NCBI GenBank assembly: GCA_021647705.1
Contig: JAKIUF010000004.1
Coordinates: 74,878-138,877, forward strand
Length of the DNA stretch: 64,000 bases
Source: Gammaproteobacteria bacterium
GTDB lineage: Bacteria; Pseudomonadota; Gammaproteobacteria; SZUA-152
Reading direction: 5' to 3'
Position 1 is the stretch's first letter. Each line of letters begins with the position of its first letter. The position numbers were made by a program, and so were the translations under genes. Of this stretch, positions 31,347-40,224 are shown piece after piece. The notes beneath the pieces were generated by a model. That model had not been told where the DNA came from and did not search any database. It was given only the letters and a program-made list of their open reading frames with translations.

Positions 31347-32267
31347 ATGCGCCAATACCATTCGACACCCAAATACCCGCACAATTTCCGCCCGGTCGCG
31401 CTGCTGCTCGTCCTGCTGGGTCTGAGTGCCTGTGCCACTTCGGACAAAATGACAGACACCACCGCAAACGACACCACCCTGCAAACTGTCACACAGATAC
31501 CTGATACTGCACAGAACGACAACACTGGCACCACTACCGAATCAACAGACATTGAGCCTTCCGCGACAGAGTCCGCCATAAGCGAACCCGAACCCAGCAC
31601 ACAAGAGCCTGTCACTTCTCGCACGGAAACCGAGCCAGTCTCCATTGACGCTCCCTGCAAAAATTCGCCCTACAACAAATATGAAAAACAGTCACTCGCC
31701 AGCATTGCCAAGGGATTGAGCGCAACCACCGCAGGCACTTACGGCGTCGGTTTCCGAAATCTCGACGAACACAAAAAATGGAGCGACACTCATAATGCAT
31801 TGTTCAGCGCGGTTAATCAGGCCTGCACCACATTGAGCAAATGTGCAAAACAGCATCCAGAAGACAAAACAACAGAATGTGCAAAAGAGGCCAAACAGTT
31901 TGACGAATGGCAAAACCTAGCAGCACGCTTCGCAGAAAAGGCAAAACAAAGCGAAACCACACAACCTCCGAAAATTTGTTCTTTCACTGCAAACCTTGAT
32001 GATGCTGCCAATTGCTTTCATGCCCTGGCCGACAATATCGATAACACTTGCACCACCAGTGATTGCAAAAAAACCAGCAACTGTTGGCGAGGTATCGGTT
32101 TTCTCGACGGCGCGATCAATCAAGCCGTTTCTGCCTGCGCATTTGTACGCACACCATTAGCGGAATGTCATGGTTATGTGACGGCAACCCAGCGACGCAA
32201 AGACAAGTTTGAACGCTGCGTGCAGATGCAGAAAGGCCTCAATACACGTATTATTCCCGTGTTATAA
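31347..32267 (+). CDS. lipoprotein with Thr/Glu-rich linker and Cys-rich C-terminal domain
   Basis: Lipobox LLGLSAC; low-complexity T/E/S region; about 12 Cys in the C-terminal 190 aa. Confidence 0.55.
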   Translation: MRQYHSTPKYPHNFRPVALLLVLLGLSACATSDKMTDTTANDTTLQTVTQIPDTAQNDNTGTTTESTDIEPSATESAISEPEPSTQEPVTSRTETEPVSIDAPCKNSPYNKYEKQSLASIAKGLSATTAGTYGVGFRNLDEHKKWSDTHNALFSAVNQACTTLSKCAKQHPEDKTTECAKEAKQFDEWQNLAARFAEKAKQSETTQPPKICSFTANLDDAANCFHALADNIDNTCTTSDCKKTSNCWRGIGFLDGAINQAVSACAFVRTPLAECHGYVTATQRRKDKFERCVQMQKGLNTRIIPVL

Positions 32268-32305
32268 GCGTCATGCAGATATTAACGAGACGCGCGTGAG
32301 AAAAT

Positions 32306-32539
32306 TTACCGCCCTGAAACACCATAATCGATAACTGATTGTGTTCTGGCTTTTATTTTATCGGTGTGCGCCTGTCCATTTTTTGCATTAATGGCCATTT
32401 GATACTTTTCTTTAACGGTGGCTTTCTCAACATCAGTGAGCTTGTCCCACTCCGTTTTGGTGTGACCGAAATAACCCGTTGAACATCCCGGTAATAAAAC
32501 AATGATAAAAGCGAGCGAGTAATATTTAAGCATTTTCAT
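32306..32539 (-). CDS. small lipoprotein
   Basis: Signal peptide plus lipobox LLPGC; 77 aa. Confidence 0.5.
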   Translation of the reverse strand: MKMLKYYSLAFIIVLLPGCSTGYFGHTKTEWDKLTDVEKATVKEKYQMAINAKNGQAHTDKIKARTQSVIDYGVSGR

Positions 32540-32584
32540 GACTATCCAAAAATTTGATCTGTTTATGTTAGCAACATCTGTCCT

Positions 32585-32740
32585 GTGATGTGAATTAAGG
32601 ACTCACTCTGCTCGCACTTTTTACTGAAAATACCGTCATCCCGTTGTTTTTCTCTGCGCCCTTTGCGCCTCTGCGACCTCTGCGTTAAATACTCGGTTAT
32701 TTTTTGAGCAACCCTGAGCGCTAAAATACCTTTTTAAACA
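32585..32740. repeat. partial or rearranged MITE-like copy
   Basis: TGTGATGTGAATTAAGGACT end plus tttttctctgcgccctttgcgcctctgcgacctctgcg core; opposite terminal repeat not intact. Confidence 0.6.
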
Positions 32741-32850
32741 ATCATCGGATATGTAATATTAAAAAACACAATGGTTTCTGCTTTTAAATGATCTTTATGT
32801 TTAGGGCTTCGGCATTACCCCAAAACAATCCGTTTTCTCATATGAAATAT

Positions 32851-32933
32851 GTAGGGTGGGCACGTTGTTTGTGCCCACGAGTTACAAGAAACCTTTCGGG
32901 GTGCCACGTGGGCAAAAAAACATGCCCACCCTA
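32851..32933. repeat. REP-like hairpin doublet (GTAGGGTGGGCAC..), inverted pair
   Basis: 32851-32879 and the reverse complement of 32901-32933; same family as 22702. Confidence 0.7.
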
Positions 32934-32997
32934 CTTATGCTGCGTTAAATACCCATGATTTTTAAAAGTAACGTGCTTTAAAACTCCTCAATTCATA

Positions 32998-34326
32998 TTA
33001 TAAATACACTTTGGCTTGCAAAATATCTTCCAGCTTAACCGGGAAAGAAAACTCGCCATTTCCAAATCTCATCAAAATACGGATGCGTTCGTCATCCACA
33101 CTTTCCAGTTGCCCCTGACGGCGTTTTCCTATTGACGTTTCCACTTGAATATTTTTCCCGATATATCGGGAAAGCTGTGATTTTCGAACCTTTCGATATT
33201 CCCTTGTTTTTGCAGAACCTGCTTTTGCTGGAGGACTTACTCGGGCGGCAGTCGGGTTTGACGAGCGCCCTCCTCTAACATTAGCTGTATCATTTTTTCT
33301 TGCTGTTGTTTTGCCAGCCGAGACATTCCATTCAATTTGACTAAAATCAACATTGTTTCCGTTAATAACAACTTCCATACCAAGAATATCCAGAATATCA
33401 GCTGTTTCATAAAATTCCAGACCACTCAGCAGGGTAGACTCAGCAGGATTCAAGCTGGCAGTAAAGCGTCCTCCAGTGGTCAGAAACTGACGGTAGTCAT
33501 CCACAACTTTTTTCGGGAAAACTGCGCCAAGTTCTGCCGTCAACTGAGCAGTATTGGCATCAACATATTGTTCAATACTGCCTCCGTTTTGCTCCGCACA
33601 GTATCTGTTCCTGAGTTTATAATAGCCTGTATCGTTATACTCTATTTCCAATTTTGATATTTCAGGTTCGGTGGGTTGTAAACCTGCCGACTTCATTTGA
33701 TTCAAATCAAGTCTGGTCTGTACAATAAGGCCAACACTATAAAGGTCACTATCCTTAATACGCATCTCCACGTTCATTTGTCCTGATTTTTGCTCAAATT
33801 TCATGGCAACACTAAGATTCAATAGGTTGTAGCCCATCGCAGAAAGTTCATTAATACCAAATTTTTTAATATCTCCACAGCCCAGCGCATCCATTCGCTC
33901 AATTAAAAGTGGCTCTTCAGGTGTTTCTGACTCTATTGACTGTGCCTGCATGTCACCCAGCATCACGAATATTTCACTATCGATATCAATATTCGCGTTT
34001 TTCATTTCAAAGCCAACATACTCTGGAAACTCCCCGTCCTTAATACGGCTCCCCAACATAAAAATATCAAGAATATTGGGGGCAGAAAAATTTATTTCCT
34101 GAATAGTGAATTCATCTGAAGTCATTTTTGGCCGAATAACAACACCTGTTATACCGATGACACCATCCAGCAATGAACTGAATATTGAGTCATAGGTTAT
34201 ATCAACAAAAGGAGCCACCGTAACAATAGCATCATCAACATTACTCTTGATGTCATACCAGATATAGGCCTTGATACCGCCATATCCTAAAACAGGCAGA
34301 ATTAATAGTAATTTCAAAAAACGCAT
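32998..34326 (-). CDS. hypothetical membrane-anchored protein
   Basis: Start taken at MRFLKLLLILPVLG (signal/TM); 443 aa; no recognisable motif. Confidence 0.45.
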   Translation of the reverse strand: MRFLKLLLILPVLGYGGIKAYIWYDIKSNVDDAIVTVAPFVDITYDSIFSSLLDGVIGITGVVIRPKMTSDEFTIQEINFSAPNILDIFMLGSRIKDGEFPEYVGFEMKNANIDIDSEIFVMLGDMQAQSIESETPEEPLLIERMDALGCGDIKKFGINELSAMGYNLLNLSVAMKFEQKSGQMNVEMRIKDSDLYSVGLIVQTRLDLNQMKSAGLQPTEPEISKLEIEYNDTGYYKLRNRYCAEQNGGSIEQYVDANTAQLTAELGAVFPKKVVDDYRQFLTTGGRFTASLNPAESTLLSGLEFYETADILDILGMEVVINGNNVDFSQIEWNVSAGKTTARKNDTANVRGGRSSNPTAARVSPPAKAGSAKTREYRKVRKSQLSRYIGKNIQVETSIGKRRQGQLESVDDERIRILMRFGNGEFSFPVKLEDILQAKVYL

Positions 34327-34679
34327 ATTGTTTTTCCTTTGGATTTCCTGAGGTCTAATTTCCTCAACGCACCTGTTTCTACCTAAACATTCACTTTTTG
34401 GGGATAGTACGAACACCATCATTGAGCAATACTGAAAGCGGATAAAGACAATCAGAACACCCATAGCAGGCAGTTTTTAGGTAATATGGCGCAGTATTAC
34501 TTATGAAAAATCGTGTATTATCAACAACTTTGCCAAAATAAAGCATCTCTACTCAGGCTTTATCGACATCCTGGCCTGTTACCTGAGGATCTTTGATTGC
34601 GGCGGCGAATATTGGACTCAATCTCAATTATCACCCTGCAACTTAACACCGGTATGAACCTGCCGATGACTAACATAAT

Positions 34680-35762
34680 ATGTTGATCATTCCCTACAGT
34701 GCTGAGCTGAGTCTGGCCAAACCTCCTTTGGTCACCTACGCTGTCATCCTACTGTGTTTGATCATTTATTATATGCAGGATACTAACCGTGCAGACATCA
34801 TTCAGGCAACCCAGCCATTTTGCAACCAGCTCTACGATGAAACCTTGGATCAGAACGATCTTGATTTCCTCAGCACCCAAAAATCCACCTGTGTCGGTTT
34901 TATCTACAATATGCACTCCCAACCGGATAAAAGCATTATTGACCACTGGATAAAAAAAGAAAATGACAAATCACACATATATTCTGATGAAGAACTAGAG
35001 GACGTAATACAGATAGCCAAACAACATTATAATAATTTCAGTCTGGAGGCACCGGCCAGCCTTGATGCCAAACTAATGTATAACCCGGCATCCTGGAACC
35101 CCATCAGAACAATATCCTCCGCACTTTCACATGCAAGCTGGTGGCATGTTATCGGCAATCTGATTTTCTTTTTTGCCTTCGCCGCCGCTATTGAAACATT
35201 GCTTGCTCGTAAACTGCACTATATCGGCTTTATGATAATGGTGGCATTAATCACCGATATCACCTATTCCCTCACCATCGCGATCAACAACTCTCCTCCC
35301 ATACCTTCTTTGGGATTATCTGGTGTGGTATCTGGCGTCATTGGTTTATCAGCCTTTTTGATGCCCAAAGCCCGTATTCGCACCTTTATCTGGGTGATCG
35401 TATTTTTTGTTAGGGCATTTCCAATGCCCGCTTGGATATTGGCACTCTGGTTTATTGGCTGGGATGCCTATAATCTGATGGCTTATTCAGACCACGGCGG
35501 GATCAATCTCGTTGCCCATGTCAGTGGAGGAGTAGCCGGTTACCTTTATGGCTTTTTCTTTTTAAAAAACCGCCGAGAGGAAATCCAGGATGAATTGAAT
35601 GATGAAATTGAATATATGAAAAGCACCCGCAATAAACAATTCGCTACCACAAACTCCTACAAACTCCTACAAAGGGGGAGACAAGTATCTACAAAATATC
35701 CGAGAGCAGGACGCAAAGCGAGAATACGCAAATTACAACCAAAAACTGTATCGATTAGTTAA
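34680..35762 (+). pseudogene. rhomboid intramembrane serine protease; apparent N-terminal part of a split rhomboid-TPR gene
   Basis: Catalytic GLSGVVSG (Ser) and AHVSGGVAG (His) in TM helices; the reading frame is broken after a 10-bp tandem duplication at 35651-35670. Confidence 0.7.
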
Positions 35763-35856
35763 TGCTGGCAATAGCAGTGAAGCAATTATTCTGTTTCTGA
35801 AAGATTATGACCATTATAAAGATAGCATAGAAGTTTACGAAGAATTATTTCAGGAA

Positions 35857-36264
35857 ATGGAAAAATGGCAGAAATGCCGTGCGTTACTATGCCTGGGCCG
35901 ACTTGTTATCAGCTTGTTCCTTGAGAAAAATAATAATAAAGATGCATTAAGAATCACAAAACGCTGCCTGGATATACAAGAGGACTTTGTGCTTTCCGAA
36001 CCGGCTGAAGCATTGAAACTCACTCTCTATGCTATAGATCTACAGCAATATCCGCTGGCTTTACGAGTTATTCGTAGAGCCGATCTACGCTACGGCGAGC
36101 ATATTGACTTGGTATACAGTCAGTTATTGGAGGCCAGACTGCTATTATTGCACTTGGACAATCGGAATGAAGCAAAAGCTGTCTTAAAAAGACTGATCGA
36201 AAAAAAACCGGACACATATCGAAAAGAGATTTCTACATTGATACAAATATATAAACACGGATAA
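35857..36264 (+). pseudogene. C-terminal helical/TPR-like part of the split rhomboid gene
   Basis: Frame +1 is open from at least 35671 and joins the rhomboid frame if one 10-bp repeat unit is removed. Confidence 0.5.
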
Positions 36265-36314
36265 ATTTAGCATCTTTAGAGGTCGGCATTAACACCCAAA
36301 TTCAAAGGACATGG

Positions 36315-36621
36315 CTTAAATGTGAATCAAGTATGAAAACACGCTACTTTTAAAAGTCACTGAGCATTTAACATAGAAATCGCAGAGACGCAGAGAGAAA
36401 CAACACTAAACACTCTGTGCACTTTGCGTCTCTGCGTCTCTGCGACCTCTGTGTTTATAACACGCCACTGAGCAATGCCACGACAACCTAACTTCCCAAT
36501 GTATTGGAACGCTTATCCGGGAATGTAAACCTCTGGAGGTCCGACTAAAAACAGGTCGGAATGATAGTGTTTTCAGCAAAAATAGCTAACAAAATTATTT
36601 AGCGTTTAATTCATATTTAAA
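36315..36621. mobile_element. MITE-like element, full copy (~307 bp)
   Basis: CTTAAATGTGAATCAAG...TTTAGCGTTTAATTCATATTTAAAG terminal repeats; core nearly identical to the 14685 copy (cccaatgtattggaacg, ctctgcgacctctgtgtttataacacgccact). Confidence 0.8.
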
Positions 36622-37309
36622 GAAATGACTTAAAGAGCCAAACAAAAGCCCTGCTGCTATTAAACATATCGGCAATTTGATAAGTAATTATAAAAAACAC
36701 AGGATAAAACATTTCGGGCCTGGCCTTTGGGAAATGATGAGCTGATTGAGCGAGCTTCTCAATAAAATTATTTGAGTTACACAGTAAAACAACGGCTATA
36801 CCAACAAATGCGCCGCCAATGATATCAGTAGGGTAATGTAGGCCCAAATATACCCGTGGAAAGGCTATAAATAGCGTTGTGTATACAAGCGAAAATATTC
36901 CAACTTTTTTAGATATATAAAACATTCCAGCGGATAAGGCATAAAATAATACTGCATGATCACTGGGAAATGAAGACCATCCTTCCAATGCTGTTATCTG
37001 CATAGTATAGGGAAGTGTAAAATCCAGGCTTTCCTCATGTATAGGACGAGGCCGGAACGGTAACAACATTGCCAAAGCTCTTGCTAAAACCATAGCAATA
37101 AAACAACTAAACAATGTAGAAATTAAATGTACCTGAACAGCCGATTGATTTTTATCAACCCGAAACCAACCCCACCAAAAAATAGCGAGCAAAACACCAC
37201 CTTTAACCAGGTGATTTTCTGAAATAAACTTTATTGTAGAATCAACAGTCCATGACTGTTGGGAAAATTGATTGAAAAAATCAATTATTATTGAGTCAAA
37301 TAAATTCAT
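36617..37309 (-). CDS. PAP2-family phosphatase
   Basis: SFPSDHA and GLHYPTDIIGG are PAP2 motifs; the stop codon lies in the MITE terminal repeat. Confidence 0.8.
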   Translation of the reverse strand: MNLFDSIIIDFFNQFSQQSWTVDSTIKFISENHLVKGGVLLAIFWWGWFRVDKNQSAVQVHLISTLFSCFIAMVLARALAMLLPFRPRPIHEESLDFTLPYTMQITALEGWSSFPSDHAVLFYALSAGMFYISKKVGIFSLVYTTLFIAFPRVYLGLHYPTDIIGGAFVGIAVVLLCNSNNFIEKLAQSAHHFPKARPEMFYPVFFIITYQIADMFNSSRAFVWLFKSFL

Positions 37310-37361
37310 TACAATCCCATCATTGCGTTTAAAAAAAGAAACTAAAATTATTATTAATATT

Positions 37362-38489
37362 TTATCTGCTACCGACTAACTCATAAATTTCATTCTTAAT
37401 ATTGCTGACATAGCTTTTCTCAGAAAACTTTTTATCAACCATTTCCTCACCGCACAATCCCATTTCCAACCTTAGCTTATTGGATGATGCAAGACGCTGT
37501 ATATATCTTGATAATTCATCTTTATTATTTTCTTTAAATAAAAATCCGGTTCGACTATGTATTATGGTTTCTTTTATGCCGGTGCCATTTGTACCTATAT
37601 TAGGCAACCTACAAGCCGATGCCTGCAATAATACCAAACCCAATCCTTCTTCATTTGAAGCCAATATATTGACATCAACAACTTGTAAAAAATATTCAGC
37701 CACACTATCGACATAACCTAAAAATAATATCGAATCTGTTAATCCTCTTTCTTTTACGATCGTTAGGTATTTTTCTTTTTCTGGGCCATCCCCAATAAAT
37801 ACAAGCTTAATATTAGGGTTTGTTTTTTTAACTTCTTCAAAAGCATTAATCACTAATCCAACGCCTTTATATTCCCCGACAAAACCAACCTGAGAAAATA
37901 CTACATCAGCAGAATCTATTCCCAATGCATTTCTATATCGGCATTCCCTTTTATTTTTTATTGCATACACATCAATATTATCAATACCAAGGTAAATGAC
38001 TTTACCGTCCAGGTTAGCCTTATATTTAGAATGATTTGCAGTGAATTGGCTTGGAAAAAATACTCTATCTGCCAATTTAACAAGCCAAATATAATAATAT
38101 CTTTTTGGTGCAGGATGATGAAACTGGCAAATAAGAGGGATTTTTATTATTTTCTTGAGTGGGACAGCTAATTGACAGGGTCTTCCACCATTAGCATAGA
38201 GTAAATCTATTTTTGACCTCTTACACAGGTTTAACAACCAACGAAAAGCACGGACATATTGAAATAACGGAAATGATGCGTAACTACCCTCAAACATAAA
38301 CTCAGGAAATTTTCGCAAATAACATTCAATATTAATTGATTTCAGTTTTAATAAAAAAACCTCGCTATCACAAACGACAATTGGATAAAAAACACTTTTA
38401 TCCAAGCTCTTAAGTACAGTAATAAGCGTGAACTCTGTTCCTCTTATTTGGTTTCCACCGCTATGTAAAAATAAAATATTTTTTTTCAT
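37362..38489 (-). CDS. glycosyltransferase family 4
   Basis: C-terminal GT4 E..E region (SNEEGLGLVLLQASACRLP). Confidence 0.75.
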   Translation of the reverse strand: MKKNILFLHSGGNQIRGTEFTLITVLKSLDKSVFYPIVVCDSEVFLLKLKSINIECYLRKFPEFMFEGSYASFPLFQYVRAFRWLLNLCKRSKIDLLYANGGRPCQLAVPLKKIIKIPLICQFHHPAPKRYYYIWLVKLADRVFFPSQFTANHSKYKANLDGKVIYLGIDNIDVYAIKNKRECRYRNALGIDSADVVFSQVGFVGEYKGVGLVINAFEEVKKTNPNIKLVFIGDGPEKEKYLTIVKERGLTDSILFLGYVDSVAEYFLQVVDVNILASNEEGLGLVLLQASACRLPNIGTNGTGIKETIIHSRTGFLFKENNKDELSRYIQRLASSNKLRLEMGLCGEEMVDKKFSEKSYVSNIKNEIYELVGSR

Positions 38490-38991
38490 TTATGTTTTAT
38501 CACTGTAAAAACCCAACAAATCACCCTACAGAAACCTGTAAAACAATCAGCCCGAGGAGACTAAATGAAATGCCATGCTTAATTTTATAGCTATAAATAA
38601 TAATCACTAATCTTCGTGTTTTGGTAAAAATAAACACAACCATAGAATAAATAAAGCATGAAATAAAATCGAAACGACTACGAGCAGTATAATATTTGTT
38701 TCTTCCCAGCCCCGATGAAGCACTAAAATTAATTCAATATGCTATAGAAGATCTACAACAATATCTACTTATGAATTAGTCATTAAAAAGAATGGGTGAG
38801 TAAATTTATTTACACTTAAAAGTTCAGTGATAATAAAAACGCGGATAAATTTCTATAAAAATACATACAACTGATTTTTTTGCAAAACCATTCGCATTCT
38901 GCGATTACTCAAAGAAAGTTATCACTAACTCCGAGCATGAGATTAATATAATTCCTTGTTTTCATTGATCTAAAATAATTCTATTGCCTGC

Positions 38992-39007
38992 TGGCATGGT
39001 CTCTGCT
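38992..39007 (+). promoter_or_regulatory. candidate sigma54 promoter (-24 TGGCAT / -12 CTGCT)
   Basis: TGGCATGGTCTCTGCT has GG and GC spaced 12 nt apart, ~40 nt upstream of the STAS gene. Confidence 0.35.
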
Positions 39008-39047
39008 CTATCCCTCCAAAACAAGCAAACTATTTTTGGAGGTGGTA

Positions 39048-39404
39048 ATGGACTTTGAATGTATCGACACGACCGATGGTGATCTGATCGTCAAGCTATG
39101 TGGTGAAATGGATGCCCTGGGCTGCACAAAGATACGCACCGAGCTGGAACAGATAACTAATACTGAAAATAGCAATGTGTCTCTTGACTTAAGTCAGGTG
39201 AGTTTTCTCGATTCCTCTGGAATTGGTGCTATCGTTTTTCTGTACAAACGCCTTAAAGCCCAGGGAAGAACACTGATTATTGTCGGCGTGCAAGGTCAGC
39301 CTCAAGAGCTAATGAAACTACTGCGTATCGATAGCGCTATCCCGGTCAGCGTGATGCCTGTTAATGAATTATATGACGCCACCCCTTTACAGAAAACACA
39401 CTAA
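39048..39404 (+). CDS. STAS-domain anti-sigma-factor antagonist
   Basis: Start taken at MDFECIDTTDGDLIVKLCGEMD; VSFLDSSGIGAIV is the conserved phosphorylatable-Ser region. Confidence 0.8.
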   Translation: MDFECIDTTDGDLIVKLCGEMDALGCTKIRTELEQITNTENSNVSLDLSQVSFLDSSGIGAIVFLYKRLKAQGRTLIIVGVQGQPQELMKLLRIDSAIPVSVMPVNELYDATPLQKTH

Positions 39405-40219
39405 TGCACCAGTTAAGTATTAGCATTATTTGCTTTGCTTTGCTTGCTCTTGGTGGATGCGTGAATTGGCCTGTCGGGGGCCATGGTGGCATGGCTGAAC
39501 ATTATCAAGGAACACTAACCCCTGTTATGCCTGATCAACCACTAGGCCCGGAGCATGGCTTACGTTTTGATTTGGACCTGGCCCGCCAGCACCTGGACAT
39601 ACTCATACTGGAAGGTGCGGAATTGTGTTTTCCTGCAACGGTAATACAGGCCAGACAACGCCAAAATGATATCACTCGCGAGCTTTACGGTAATCTTGAT
39701 TTTGATGCGGCCAACAATCTGGTTGTGCAGCGTAAATTGTTGGCCCGTCTGGAGCGTCAACTTGACTATGTAAAACAACAAAGTGTTTGTATCCTGCCCA
39801 TAACTGAAGGCCAGGAAAAACCCGGAGATATTGGCAAGCATATCTATGATTTATTAAATGGTGATAATCAGTTTTCCGCTGACTCACCTGAGCTCAACCC
39901 CAAATATGTGGGCCAACTGGCTGAGGCTGCTCAACTGTTGCGCAACCAGCCGGGTTATCATTTGCGCATCATTGGTCATCCCGACACTTTGGAAAGACCG
40001 GAATATAATCGCAAACTCTCTTTGCAACGAGCCAAAAAGGTCGGACGTTATTTACAAGTTATGGGACTTCCCACTGAACGCATCCTGGTTGATGCAGTTG
40101 GTCCAGACCATCCATTATTGGCTACTGATGATAAACAGACACACACTCAACGGATAAACCGGCGTGTCAGTATTGAATTAATAGAAGCCCCGCCCTTGCC
40201 CCAAACAACCCGGAAATAA
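39404..40219 (+). CDS. OmpA-family lipoprotein
   Basis: Lipobox LALGGC; C-terminal OmpA-like domain (YHLRIIGHPD...NRKLSLQRAKKV...NRRVSI). Confidence 0.75.
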   Translation: MHQLSISIICFALLALGGCVNWPVGGHGGMAEHYQGTLTPVMPDQPLGPEHGLRFDLDLARQHLDILILEGAELCFPATVIQARQRQNDITRELYGNLDFDAANNLVVQRKLLARLERQLDYVKQQSVCILPITEGQEKPGDIGKHIYDLLNGDNQFSADSPELNPKYVGQLAEAAQLLRNQPGYHLRIIGHPDTLERPEYNRKLSLQRAKKVGRYLQVMGLPTERILVDAVGPDHPLLATDDKQTHTQRINRRVSIELIEAPPLPQTTRK

Positions 40220-40224
40220 ACACA

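Noticed and set aside
34326-34464. N-terminal 46-aa extension of the 32998..34464 ORF
   Set aside because: The plausible signal/TM segment starts at the internal Met (MRFLKLLLIL). The upstream extension (MGVLIVFIRFQYCS…) is not protein-like.
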